Positions 22,249-36,179 of a stretch of DNA of 64,000 nt are shown piece after piece. Within the stretch, counting starts at the first letter, position 1. Every line of letters begins with the position of its first letter. Both the position numbers and the translations under genes were made by a program. The stretch is from the NCBI RefSeq assembly GCF_006345805.1, contig NC_043004.1, positions 98,332,001-98,396,000 on the forward strand, read 5' to 3'. The stretch is from Octopus sinensis. Taxonomy: Eukaryota. A model generated the notes under the pieces. It searched no databases. It was not told where the DNA came from and saw only the letters and a list, made by a program, of their open reading frames with translations.

Positions 22249-24958
22249 TAAGACAATAAAAAAAATGCTATGAAGGTGACCGTTAAACAAAGGGAAATTA
22301 CTATGTAGATGACCGTTATTAAGACAAAGAAAAGAGCTATTAGAATGACCGTTAAATAAAGGGAAGAAACCCAAAGGGGAGAAGGTAAAACAGTAAAAAC
22401 GCTCATAGAATTCGCGTAAGCGCGTATGTACATACATATTTATGCGCGCATGCACACCCACGTACATGTGGCTATATGCAGTGTTGTATTTTTGCCAACA
22501 CAGTAGCATATTTCGCCTTTTTCTTTGGAAATTTTTTTTTGAGATAGCTGAATATTTCGTGATATACAGGATATTCTCTGTGAAAATATAATCTGAATAA
22601 AGCTAAGAGAAAATAGCCTCAAAACAAAGCAAAAACTGAAAACAGGCTACTAAACTCACTTCGTTTAATCTAGCTACAGGCATGCAAAACCAGATTCTTT
22701 ACACATACTTCTGTTATTCTTACGTCTGGGGCAGATAAGAAGACCTGCAGCTAAAGTAAATAAAATGTTAATAGAAAAGAGGATAGCAATTCGAGAATTA
22801 CTGATTAAGGATTTCGTTTCCATTAAATTACATTTCTTCAAAATTATGCTTTTTCTTTCATGGGGCCCTAGAAAAAATGCGCTATAAACGCTCCAGATAG
22901 GTTCGTAAACGAAATTGTATTTTCCATGGATCCCTTTCAACTTCAAGTAAATGTGTAACAATTACAACTCTACTTTGTTGTTCATAAAAATGGTGTCTAC
23001 AAATGTAACGGTTGAAACCATTTTAAAAAGGAAGAGACTATTTTAAATTACAATTAAGATGTGCTGTTGTTAGTGAAGTCCTTGAGTTTATTTTTACGTT
23101 TCGAAATTTTTCCGATTTGTTTTTTTAAGTCCAGCTATTTACGACCAGGAACTTATAGTGGTAGACCTCCCCTAAAATAACAATAAATGTTCAACAGAGA
23201 TAGCAGAAAATTGGTGGCCTTACAAGCATTGAAAATAAAATTGAAGAATAGTAGCGGGAACAGTGACAGGCAGTAAATCACTATCATCAGGGAAATGTTT
23301 TTGGCGATGATAACACGAAAATAACAAAAAAATTGTAGCAAAGCCGCGTGATAGCTGTGTCAGATGTGGCATGCAGACTTCATATAACTTGTTTAACATT
23401 GCGTTTTTACTCTTTTCACCCGTTTTATTTTGACATGCGCATTTCGTTTTTATTTTCCTCTTCCGTTTTAAGAATTCCGTGTGCACATGCGCATTGCATG
23501 TTCATTCTTCTTTTTCAATATTGTTTATAGATCAACACCATCTCATAAACACATGTTCGTGAGAAGCGCTTCGCGTTCCGGTGGTTCCGAAAAAGTAACA
23601 ACAAATTGATAAGTTGACGATGACAAAAACAATATAGGAATAAAAAATTATAGCAAAATATTAGGTTTAATGAAAAACATAAATTTGAACAAGTCAGTTT
23701 TCCTAAGTTGAAAGAAAGGAAAAGTGTTTTTATCTTTGCAGTAATTTTACACGAAAAAATATACTTTTAGGATTAAAGCAGTAAATTGAAAATTAAAATT
23801 CTGAAAGCGAAATAGTTTCACCTTTTTTCCCCTAAGTATGATCAATATACCAAAACACCTCCATGCTCAACAGAATAATGAACTTTAGGAGGGCAATATA
23901 TGTGAATGCATTTCTGTTTGTGTTAGTAGGTGCACGTGTGTGTGTGTGTTTTAATATGAAATGCAACAACATGAAATTGTTGAGTCGTAAGGTGAAACAA
24001 CTTCTCCATACCTACCTACATACATACATACCTACCTACATACATACATTCATACATACCTATCTGCCTACCTTCCTATCTACCTATCTACCTACCTACC
24101 AACCTATCTATATATCTATCAATCTATCTATCTAAATTAATACAGAGTTGCTTATTTGCAAATAAAAGAAATATAACATGTGACTTCCTTGACCAAGGTT
24201 ACCGTGGTCTTTTCCGTAGGCTTTTCTTTCCACGGGTAAACCTCACCTGTCCTCCCCTTTACACTTCATATTGACATTTCTGTGATGACGATCTCTATTG
24301 ATCAATTTTTTCCTTTCCCTTTTTTCCCTCACCTCCCCTTTTTTTTCCTCACTTCCCCCTTTATTTTATTTTATTTTATCACTCCTTTTTTTTGTCCGCT
24401 TTCTTTCCATTTACGATCCCTTTTGATCGAAAACCAAACCCCCTTCTTTTACCCCCAATTTTGTCCTGTCTATGTGCAGCCCTGTGTGGCTAATAAAGAA
24501 ACATATCTATCTATCTATCTTTATGCATTTATATGTATAGATGTATAGAAGTATAGAATAGTTTTCAGAAAACATTCGTTTCTGTTACTTTTGTTTCCCG
24601 TACTTACTCTTCCTACATCATGGATTTACGCCTGTTTCTGGACAGTTGCGTAGTTGTTACATTAAGGCTGAGTAATTGGTGTGGCTAAGGTGAACAGAAA
24701 ATATTTAAAAAATCTTTTAAGAGAGATTTTTTATCAAGTAGATACAGGAGGCTCTCTACATGCAAACTTGCTGAGAAGGGGAAGGGGCCCCAATATTTAC
24801 TAACGAGGCGGGGCAATTTCCTCCTTTCTCCTGTGAGTCCAGCTATGTCTATATATGTATGTACATATATATACACATATATATATATAAATATGCGTAT
24901 GTGTGTATGTCTATGTATATGTATAAATATATATGTGGATATATACGTATATGTGCAA

Positions 24959-25029
<71 letters not shown>

Positions 25030-25212
25030 CAAAATGAGAAAATGGAGAAATATATCTAAATCAATCATCAACTATCAGATAATACCGAATCATATACTTT
25101 ATTAAAACACTACGCAATAGCAATGAGATTAGACATTAATACAGTACAATAATTACAATCAATATGGTGAGATATAACTAAATAAATATAACAAGATATA
25201 AAAATACATATA

Positions 25213-25338
25213 CATTATAATTGACAGCTGTTTCAGCCATGAAGATAGGTATGTCTCATTTAACCTATTAGCCATATAATGCAGGGATAAATGAGACATT
25301 AACAAGAATATCTTACGGCCTCTTCGGAGATTCTAATG
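25213..25338 (-). ncRNA. Hammerhead-like motif with U4C core and ~85-nt helix II, family F6
   Basis: CATTAGAATCT-CCGAAGA-GGCC..ATGTCTCATTTA..TAAATGAGACAT..GGCT-GAA-ACAGCTGT-C-AATTATAATG. Confidence 0.55.
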
Positions 25339-25849
25339 CAAGTATGAGTACAAACCCTAAAATAATTTACATATAAATATAAATATGAGTGCATACATAT
25401 TCATATCCCTACATATATATACATATACGTATACACAATAATACAATATAAACAATATAAAGCAATATACATCATCAAACACAATAATGTTCCATATTGA
25501 ACGCCACAGCTCCTCAACCAACATCAAGAAACCACAACAGACACACTCACACTCAATGCAGGCATATATATTAAACAGTTCAATATATTAATTTATGTCA
25601 CTTCACAAAAAGCCAATAAAGTTAATACCACCACCATAGTACCATTCAAGGCAAATGGATATCTCCATTTTCTCATTTTGTATTATTAATTTATGGTAAA
25701 AATAATTTTACCTTTGCCCACCTAATACAGTAAATGAATTAATTGCATCGCAATTTTTAACATTTATGTATTAGCTTTGTTGGGTACTTCTCTAGCAGTA
25801 TATTGGATATATGTTATCCCATTTAGGGTTGAATTTACAACCCCTATCT

Positions 25850-25887
<38 letters not shown>

Positions 25888-26073
25888 CATTTTGATAAGT
25901 GCCAATGCACGAATCTCTTGCAACTTGAATGATTGCTACTTCTACTATGAGCTCTATTTTCCTTCTTTGATTCGACATACTTATTCTTTTATTCTTTTAC
26001 TTGTTTCAGTCATTTGATTGCGGCCATGCTAGAGCACTACCTCTAGTCGAAAAAATCGAATCAACTTCAGGAC

Positions 26074-26110
<37 letters not shown>

Positions 26111-26229
26111 TATACACTAGCGCGCACGCATGCACACACGCACACACATATGTATACGAATTCATGCTATATTCGGAAATGACACTCCAGATGTATCAAC
26201 AATGCAAACGTTGAGCTTCGGGGAAATAA

Positions 26230-26558
26230 TCCAACACAAATCCTTGCCTTCAATGGCAGCTGTGCGCTACTGTATCTTTGAACTGATTCATCATCCTCAC
26301 CCACTATTTTCCTGATTTGGCCCCATGTAATCATCATGTTCCCTAATATGAAAACACACTTCGCTGGGAACCAGTATCACAGTGATGATGACGTCATTTC
26401 TGCTGTTGATGCTTTTTTGACCAATGAAATACAAACACTGCAACACCGGTGGAAGATATGTGTAGACTTCAAGGGGCCTATGCTCAAAAACATACCTCAT
26501 TTGGTCACATACCGTGAAAGTATTTTAGTCACCCTGTGAACATTTCATAGCATCCTCG
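26230..26558 (+). mobile_element. Mariner 3' relic
   Basis: HPHP..PDLAP..FPNMKTH...RWKICVDFKG, then a TIR-like end ...CATCCTCG. Confidence 0.75.
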
Positions 26559-26874
26559 TTATATGAGAAGAGTTGCTTTGGTGCGAACAGGACTCATGTC
26601 TTTCAAGTTAGTTAATAAATTGAAAATTCTCATATTTAGTTTATTTGAATATATATCGATGCGTATGTTTAAATCAGATTGTATAGTGTCCATGCCCAAC
26701 ACACGCCCTTCAGCGATCGAAATATTTGGCAATTTACTGGTTTAAGTTATACACCTGTAGCAAAGGAGAAGTATAACATCTGTTTCAGCTTTCAGCTCAA
26801 TATTTTATGAATAAGTAGGTTCAATACTGAAACATTTCAATGTATTTTCTGCTGTAGCTTAACATATATATACA

Positions 26875-26933
<59 letters not shown>

Positions 26934-27195
26934 CCTAACTTCTAATTTGATGCCTGCCTGCCTACCCACCTACTTACCTACCGACATACATACATAAATA
27001 CATACATGCGTACAGAGAGAAAGAAAGGTGTGTGTGTGTGTTTGATAACTGGTAACGTGCAACTCGAATAATTTGCTATAAGGTGCCAGCTGCAATAACA
27101 ATAACCAACTCCCGCTCTTCGTAAATGAGTTTTCTTTTGATCATATCAGCTATACCTACGTATACTATACAGAGACACAGACACACACACACTCA

Positions 27196-27198
27196 CAC

Positions 27199-27288
<90 letters not shown>

Positions 27289-27290
27289 CT

Positions 27291-27332
<42 letters not shown>

Positions 27333-27403
27333 TAGATAGTTAGATAGATAGATAGATATAGATAGATAGATAGATGAATTGATAGATAGATAGATAGATA
27401 GAT

Positions 27404-27440
<37 letters not shown>

Positions 27441-27470
27441 CAGATAGATAGATGGACATACAGATAGATA
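27196..27470. repeat. (GATA)n microsatellite
   Basis: Direct reading. Confidence 0.95.
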
Positions 27471-28086
27471 GAATGAGAGAAAGAGGGAGAGAGAAATGCT
27501 ATACTTTAATGTTATGATATTGTTATTACAATTGCTTTGAAGTAATAACCTTAACACGCACGCTCACACACTTAAGTAACTTACTTAAGTGTGTACATGT
27601 TTGTGACAGGTAATTTGGGGAATAATTTTTTACCTGTGTGGTTAACATCAAGTGATGTAACTTCGATAACTATTGCGTTATTTCTTTAATATCTTTCGAT
27701 ATTTCTATAAAATAATGAGATGCATGTTACTCTTGGAAACAAAAATATATCTTAAAATGAAATAAAATTAAATAAAACATTTCTCTCTCATATGTAAATT
27801 TGCAATAAATATGTTATCAATAACAATAATGCCGTTCGTTTATCTATCAATTAATTACCGATGTATCATGTTGATTAATTCCGTATAAATTAGCGTGACA
27901 TTTTTAGCGTGACCATGCTACCGACAAGGAGTATCATTGAAATTGATGATGTTGCGGGATTTATATTTAATATACTATCTCCTTTACTCCGTGCACGGAC
28001 GTATGCACGCACACACGCAATAGAACACACAAGCAGACATATATTCCAATTCATTCATACACGTCCTTAACTGAATGTTGGCATAA

Positions 28087-28118
<32 letters not shown>

Positions 28119-28146
28119 TATATATATATATATATATATATATATG

Positions 28147-28179
<33 letters not shown>

Positions 28180-28234
28180 TGGCAAACTATATGTATATAA
28201 AAAAATATATTGTATGTGTATATTTATATATGTG

Positions 28235-28293
<59 letters not shown>

Positions 28294-28345
28294 ATATACT
28301 GTATGTATATATATTTGTATATGTATGTATATATATTTATGTATA

Positions 28346-28946
28346 TAGTGGTGGATTCCCTTGCGGATCTATTTCTAGCGTTAGAGTGACCACATGTGGT
28401 CTCTCTCTTATTACTTGTATCAATAATTTTTACTGTATCCCAGTTTTTTTTCGCTAGGCCACTTGGTGTTTTTAAATTGATGTTATTAATTAATATTCAA
28501 TTTTTTTCACCCTTATCATGATTTTAATTATAAATTAATATGTTCTCAAACCGGCAGTAAATTACTGGGGTAGTATTTACATCCGGTATTTTCAACGCGC
28601 CAGGAGTGAGGATATTTGAACGTAACTGCAAATGTAATTGGCTGTGCCGTTCGCCTTTGCTCGGCTTCGTATGGATTTTGGCGTTCGGTTCAGCAAATTA
28701 TATTTTTGATATACTCTACTGAGGATTCGAAAATGATTAAGTAAGTAAAATTACTCAATCTATTAACGATGAAACAATTGTATGGAGTTCATCTATTTTT
28801 TCGTTATTTTTCATTTGTCCTGCCCGATTAAATTCTTGGCGTGTTGAATTAATGCTTGAGAACAATTCTTTAGTGGTGGATTCCCTTTGCAGATCTATTT
28901 CTAGCGTTAGAGTGACCACATTTGGTCTCTTCCTTATTACTTGTAT
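28346..28946. mobile_element. 601-bp element with ~75-bp terminal direct repeats, embedded in (TA)n
   Basis: TAGTGGTGGATTCCC...TTACTTGTAT at 28346-28420 and 28871-28946. Confidence 0.6.
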
Positions 28947-28979
28947 ACACACATATATATATACATAAATGTTTATATA

Positions 28980-29040
<61 letters not shown>

Positions 29041-29454
29041 CATATATGTGTGTGTGTGTAGGTATGTATGTATATATGCGTAAATATATATATGTGCAGT
29101 ATGTGTGTATAGATAAAGATATATATGTTTGTGTAAATATGTATATGTATAAGTGCGTATATTCATAATATCAGTTATATATATATAATGGAACACATCG
29201 TATCCTATGACGTACTCAACGCCCGTTGAACCTTTTAACTGCTAACTCAAAACAAGAAGGAATGCAAATAACATGAGCCAAGGGGATTTACAATAGAAGT
29301 AATGATAAGAAATAAAATTAGAGGAAGATTTATATAATTAGATGATATTTCATAATATGCGGCTTGATAATATTTGTATATAGAGTGCGAAGATTAGTAA
29401 ATCCAAATAAAGAAAGGTGACATTGTGAACCTACCTAAGCAACCAACATGTATA

Positions 29455-29861
29455 CTCTTACTCTTTTACTCTTTTACTTGTTTCAGTCATTTGACTGCGG
29501 TCATGCTGGAGCACCGCCTTTAGTCGAGCAAATCGACCCCGGGACTTATTCTTTTGTAAGCCCAGTACTTATTCTATCGGTCTCTTTTGCCGAACCGCTA
29601 AGTGACGGGGACGTAAACACACCAGCATCGCTTGTCAAGCAATGCTAGGGGGACAAACAGAAACGTATACACACACGCATATATATATACATATATACGA
29701 CAGGCTTCTTTCAGTTTCCGTCTGCCAAATCCACTCACAAGGCATTGGTCGGCCCGGGGCTATAGCAGAAGACACTTGCCCAAGATGCCACGCAGTGGGA
29801 CTGAACCCGGAACCATGTGGTTGGTTAGCAGGCTATTTACCACACAGCCACTCCTGCGCCT
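29455..29861 (-). mobile_element. SINE family B, full length
   Basis: Homology to 4135-4543 and 42382-42813. Confidence 0.92.
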
Positions 29862-30199
29862 ATATTAACAATGTATGATATATTTTTGTATATCTAATAC
29901 AAGTAATACGGAGAAAAATGTATAACATTTTCAGTACTTTTCAATAATTATACTGTTTGGAAACGGAACAAACACCACAACACCCATTTGTGTCTCCTCT
30001 AGACATCTTAAGACCTTTTCTTGCGTAAAGAAATACAAAAGAAAACAACTGACATACACTTTCACTGGAAAGTCCGACGTGAATTATCCTACTATTTATG
30101 TTAATTTCTAACATAAATTATGTTAATTTTTAGCATAAATTATGTTAATTTTTAGCATAACGTGAATTACTCTACTATTTATGTTAATTTTTATTTCAG

Positions 30200-30392
30200 A
30201 TTTTGGAACAATCCAGCAAATTTTGGTGGGAGGGTAAGTCGATTACATCGACCCCCAAAGCTCAGCAGAGGTTGACAAAGTGTGAAAGGCAAAGTCCGCA
30301 TCGGTCGAATTTGAACCGAGTACGTTAAGGCGGGCGAAATGGCGCTAAGCCTTTTGCCTTGCGTAATAATGATTTTGCAGCCTCACCGCCTT
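30200..30392 (-). mobile_element. Degenerate SINE family C
   Basis: GTCGATTACATCGACCCC, GAAAGGCAAAGTC and head CACCGCCTT. Confidence 0.65.
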
Positions 30393-30492
30393 AATATCTA
30401 TGTTAATATTAAGAGAATTATAAGGCGGTGAGCTGGCCGAATCGTTGCCGCCTCAGAATATATTTTCTACCATTTTATGCTGTTGATACTTA

Positions 30493-30862
30493 GTGGAGGC
30501 GCAATGGCCCAGTGGTTAGGGCAGCGGACTCGCGGTTTCGATTCCCAGACCGGGCGTTGTGAGTGTTTATTGAGCGAAAACACCTAAAGCTCCACGAGGC
30601 TCCGGCAGGGGATGGTGGTGATCCCTGCTGTACTCTTTCACCACAACTTTCTCTCACTCTTTCTTCCGGTTTCTGTTGTACCTGTATTTCAAAGGGCCGG
30701 CCTTGTCACTCTCTGTGTCACGCTGAATATCCCCGAGAACTACGTTAAGGGTACACGTGTCTGTGGAGTGCTCAGCCACTTACACGTTAATTTCACGAGC
30801 AGACTGTTCCGTTGGTCGGATCAACCGGAACCCTTATCGTCGTAACCGACGGAGTGCTTCCC
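30493..30862 (+). mobile_element. SINE family A, tail type 1, with a small deletion in the tRNA head
   Basis: Homology to other family A copies; deletion between repeated CGCGG. Confidence 0.9.
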
Positions 30863-31563
30863 CCACTTGGTGGGTATCTCTTGTTCTTCAATTGCATAGG
30901 AGTAGGCTTCGAAGTGGGATTTCATAAACTTGTTGGTACAAACCATATTTAGTTCCTTCTGTAGTTTATGGTATTCGTCTCAAGTACCTGTATACTATCT
31001 TCTCAGGTAAATAGTCCATTGTTGAAAGATTTTGTTCTCATAAATAGATTTTACCAATCCTCTTATTTCATACTTCTCCTCAAGTTCATTTGCTATTCTA
31101 ATTATGAAGTTGATTTCATGGTTACAAACTTCGGCAAGAGAGTTACTGGTCACTTTCCTCTGCACCTAATGTAGTTTCAGTATCACAAAGCGTGCTTATA
31201 TAACATCAATGCAGTTTTGAGACCAAGGCCACCGGCGTTGTGAGAGACGTAGCGGCAGTTCACATCTCCATTGATGTTGAAGTTTCCTAGAACTCCAAGC
31301 AGATGGATGCATGCAAGCATGTACGAATAGAGTCAGTGAAAGAGAATTAATAATGTTGGTGACATAGGAACAAGATCAGCAATTTTGGTTGTCGGCTATT
31401 TGTCTGTTACTCAACAGCTGTACATTGGTACTGTACTTTATTTTATAGAGCCCAAAATAATGAAAATAAAGTTGGCGGTAAGATTTGAAATCTGTATGTA
31501 GAGAGATAGAAGAAAAACTGCAAAGATATAACGTAGCCGACGCTGTGATACCTCTGGCCTATA

Positions 31564-31605
<42 letters not shown>

Positions 31606-31854
31606 TACTCCTCCATAGTGAATAAATGTCAACAACTTACGAAATTAGCGAGAAAAACTCCATAAATTCATGCGGTTGAAAGTGGGCAAGTGAAAAAATA
31701 TTTAAAAAAGACTCTACATTAATTGCGAAGTAACTAATTTCAATATTAAAATCTTAGAGTTTTTTTTCCATCGTTAGCGCAATGCATGTAAAAATATACA
31801 CACAAGTATTATTACATACACATAACCGTATATATATGTGATTATCTACTTCTT

Positions 31855-32195
31855 ATGTAGAGTTTGACCACCTCCTGTGCCTACGCTTTAGCACCATCAT
31901 GGCATCTGATGTGGCTTTTTCAACCAGACAATGTGCTGAAAAGACACCCACATAGATTGCACCACCGATTTGGACCACCAAGAGATGCAGATAACTTCTG
32001 CTCTTAAAATGTCTTTTGAGGCCTCCATTGGATTTGCAAACATTTCTGGCATACTCTACATTCAAATGTGTGCACAGGCATATAGGTGGAGGTTCGTTTT
32101 CCATGCGTTCACAGCTGAGATTTGAGGCTAGCAAAAGACGGACATGATCTGTCACGGACTGTGCACAGAAAAGGGTCACTATTATTCACCTTCTC
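31855..32195 (-). pseudogene. Decayed three-finger C2H2 zinc-finger coding fragment (3' end of a non-LTR element ORF, or a ZNF relic)
   Basis: FLCTVRDRSCPSFASLKSQL*TH, FECRVCQK/VCKSNGGLKRH, WCNLCGCLFSTLSG*KSHIRCH; two frameshifts and two stops. Confidence 0.55.
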
Positions 32196-32214
32196 GATTG
32201 TTACATTCTTCCTT

Positions 32215-32388
32215 ACATATATATATATACGACGAGCTTCTTTCAAATTCCATCTGCCAAATCCACTCACAAGATTTGGCTGGCCCGAAGCTACATAGTA
32301 AAAGACACTTGCCGAAGGTGCCACGCAGTGTGACTGAATTGGGAACCAAGTGGATGGGAAGCAAGCTCCTTATCACACAGCCGCACCT
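32215..32388 (-). mobile_element. SINE family B 5' half
   Basis: Head and core-like region only. Confidence 0.75.
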
Positions 32389-32503
32389 ATATATATATAT
32401 ATAAAGCTAATCCAAACAAGAAAGCACAAAAAAACACAACAACGCGAAGACGTGGAACAAATATAGTATTATTGGACGCTCAGGAAAGAAGGAAAGAAGG
32501 AGG

Positions 32504-32538
32504 GTTTAACGCTTCGAGCGGAGCTCTTCGTCGGAAAC
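32504..32538 (-). ncRNA. Hammerhead-like motif, U4C core, family F5 (A15.1 mutated in this copy)
   Basis: GTTT-CCGACGA-A-GAG ctccg CTC-GAA-GCGT-T-AAAC; host repeat 32403-32608 flanked by (TA)n. Confidence 0.5.
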
Positions 32539-32609
32539 ATAGGAGAAGGAAAGATCCAGAGAAGGGAAGACAGAGGGAAAAAAAAACGCCAACGGTACAC
32601 ACGCGGTCA

Positions 32610-32783
<174 letters not shown>

Positions 32784-33218
32784 CGTGCCATGGCCCAACC
32801 ATCTCCTCACTTTACCTAGCTTATAAATTTTCCACTATCAGAATCTAAAAGTATGGGCAATACTAGATATATCATGTATTCACTTCGACAATTCACACAT
32901 TGAAACTCATATTAACTCACATACATCCCTCTATAGATATTTGTTATTCTGTATTTGAAAACTTCAGGTATTTACAACTATTTTATTGTCCCAATAAAGT
33001 ATCAAAGCCACAGATATGTTGATATAAAGCTGAATGTTTTTTGTCGAACTCAATTTGACAGTGATAAAATCTAGATAAACCAGAAATCAGATATACTCTA
33101 TAAGAAATATATATTGATTGTTTATTGTTTAGGTCATATAATCCATATAACTTCAAAAAGAGGTCTTAATGTTCTTATACGTTTCTGTTTGTATATGTAT
33201 GTGTGTTTGGGCGCGCGT

Positions 33219-33249
<31 letters not shown>

Positions 33250-33796
33250 AACACACACATATATGTATACACACACACTCACATATATAAATAATATATA
33301 ATGTATATATATGTGCATAAAAATCGCGTGCGTATATGTGCAAATATATTTTTATGTATGCTTTATCTATATGTATACATAAGTATACCCATATATGTAT
33401 ATATATATATGTGTGTCTGTGTGTGTGTGTATACACACATATACATATGTTCATATGAATGCATATACATAAAGATACTGCTATCATATGCGTATGTGTG
33501 AGTGTTTGTGTGCGTGTGTATACATCGATACGTACACATACTGCAAGAAATACAGACAAAATAAGAGAAGGGAAGCAGACATTTTGCTACAACATTTAGG
33601 ATAACAAGTACTAACAGAATTAAACTACAAGTCTATTTTCAGAAATACATTAGTTTTACTAAATAAAAAATAACCTACCAGTATTTGCTTTATTCAAATA
33701 AATATTCAAAAGTTGTGACTTCAAACGTGAAGGCGATTTCTAATTTCAGGACGACTGAAGATCTCTGAAACTTCAGCCCGCTGATGAGTTATCAAA

Positions 33797-34372
33797 TTCT
33801 TTTCTACTCTAGGCACAAGGCCCGAAATTTTGGGCGAGGGGGCCGGTCGATTAGATCGACCCCAGTACGCAACTGGTACTTAATTTATCGACCACGAAAG
33901 GATGAAAGGCAAAGTCGACCTCGGCAGAATTTGAACTCAGATCGTAAGGACAGACGAAATACCCATTTCTTTACTACCCACAAAAGCCTAAACACAGAGG
34001 AGACAAACAAGGACAGACAAATGGATTAAATCGATTTTATTGACCCCAGTGGGTAACTGGTACTTAATTTATCGACCCCGAAAGGATGAAAGGCAAAGTC
34101 GACCTTGGCGGAATTTGAACTCAGAACGTAGAGACAGACGAGATACCTATTTCTTTACTACCCACAAGGAGCTAAACACAAAGAGGACAAACAAGAACAG
34201 ACAAATGGATTAAGTCGATTGTATCGACCCCAGTGCGTAACTGGTACTTATTTAATCTTCTCCGAAAGGATAAAAGACAATGTCGACCTCGACGGAATTT
34301 GAACTCAGTACGTAAGGACAGTTGAAATATCACTAAGCATTTCGCCCAGTGTGCTAACGCTTCTGTCAGCTC
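33797..34372 (-). mobile_element. SINE family C, three-unit copy
   Basis: Three tandem ~180-bp units (33800-33962, 33963-34145, 34146-34372); only the last carries the 5' head. Confidence 0.88.
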
Positions 34373-34518
34373 GAATTAGCAACATCATCACTGATTACAT
34401 CTTGCTGTCGTGATTGATTTGACTGGTTTTATCCCTGAGATTTTTCTCAAAGAACAAATAATGAATGGTCAAAGCAAATTGTTGGGGCTTGGATATATAT
34501 GTATACATATAAATATAC

Positions 34519-34619
<101 letters not shown>

Positions 34620-34799
34620 TATATATTTACCTTTGCACACACTGGACAGGGCACAGAAGTGTGGTCAATAGCCAGCGGGAGAAGATGTTCTCCTGGGGCT
34701 ACAAGCTACAGTAGCATCCACCCTTAGTGGTTAGCCACATTTAAGTGGCAAATATACTTCACGTTGTCGTGCAGCTACTGTATACCTCACTCAGAGATT

Positions 34800-34838
<39 letters not shown>

Positions 34839-35088
34839 ACTTATGTGTGGTATCTTGAGGTTGTGCATATCATGAGCTCTAGTGTGGTAGGATGGGGTGT
34901 TATCACTAGTCTGAACATTGTCTCTGTGAGACCGTCAATCAGAGGCAAACGTAGAAAGATTGAAGTGAAGTGATAATGATGAGGATGATAACGTTTTTGC
35001 AATTATCTGTCTCTCTCTCGCTCTCTCTCTTCTCTCTCTCTATGTATATATATATATGTGTGTGCATGTGTGCGCGTGTATATATATA

Positions 35089-35140
<52 letters not shown>

Positions 35141-35165
35141 CATATATACATATATACATATATAC

Positions 35166-35236
<71 letters not shown>

Positions 35237-35750
35237 GTATATATATATATATATCATACATATATATGTGTGTGTTCGTTCCTATGTATGTATGTATGCA
35301 TGTGCGATACTGTAACTGTGTGTGTATTTGATCAGATTATATAACTCATTGCAATTATATTAACTGTTTCCGTGGTATACACCTGATTAAATCTTTTCTA
35401 AGTCAGGAGAGAACATCCCCATGAAATTCCAAAAGAGCAAACTGCCAACATTTTAGAACCAATTGCAAGGAAGGGTGGCGTGTACGGTTACTATTTTGAA
35501 TTTACATGTGAATAGATTTTACTTATGATTGAATCAACGTTTTTCTTCTGTCTCTTCTTCGTCAGTCTTTTCTTGTACTGAAGTGAAATGTCTTTAGCAA
35601 ATACCGAAATTTGCTTAAATGGCGTTCTTCGGGAATAGCTTTCATGCATTCTCTAAAGAAAACGCTGCCACTTATTAAATTTCTTATAAACATTTCAACT
35701 CCACATCTACCAGAAATAACTGTAATTGCTGATTATATCTGTGTCTCCGC

Positions 35751-35799
<49 letters not shown>

Positions 35800-35850
35800 C
35801 TATATATATATATATATATATATCTATCTATCTATATATCTATCTATCTA

Positions 35851-35906
<56 letters not shown>

Positions 35907-36050
35907 CCTACCGCTTATTTAATTATATATTTGTGTAGCAATCAATCTATTTACCGAACTTGTTATACCTCTGTCCATTTATACTTACGGAAACTAGTAA
36001 CATCTGTATTTTATTGAACTTCTCTCCAACTTATCTATCTCTCTATTTTT

Positions 36051-36094
<44 letters not shown>

Positions 36095-36100
36095 ATATAT

Positions 36101-36179
<79 letters not shown>

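Noticed and set aside
22674-22961. 95-aa ORF and a possible AG...GT micro-exon at 22680-22756
   Set aside because: No recognisable protein similarity or partner exons; such splice-like sites are common by chance.
74-30845. Recurring 60-80 aa ORFs (ESCGERVQQGSPP..., MFIERKHLKL...)
   Set aside because: All lie inside SINE family A copies, so recurrence reflects the repeat and not a gene family.
33797-34372. Regularly spaced repeats that could suggest a CRISPR array
   Set aside because: The units are whole ~180-bp SINE segments without unique spacers; eukaryotic context and no cas genes.
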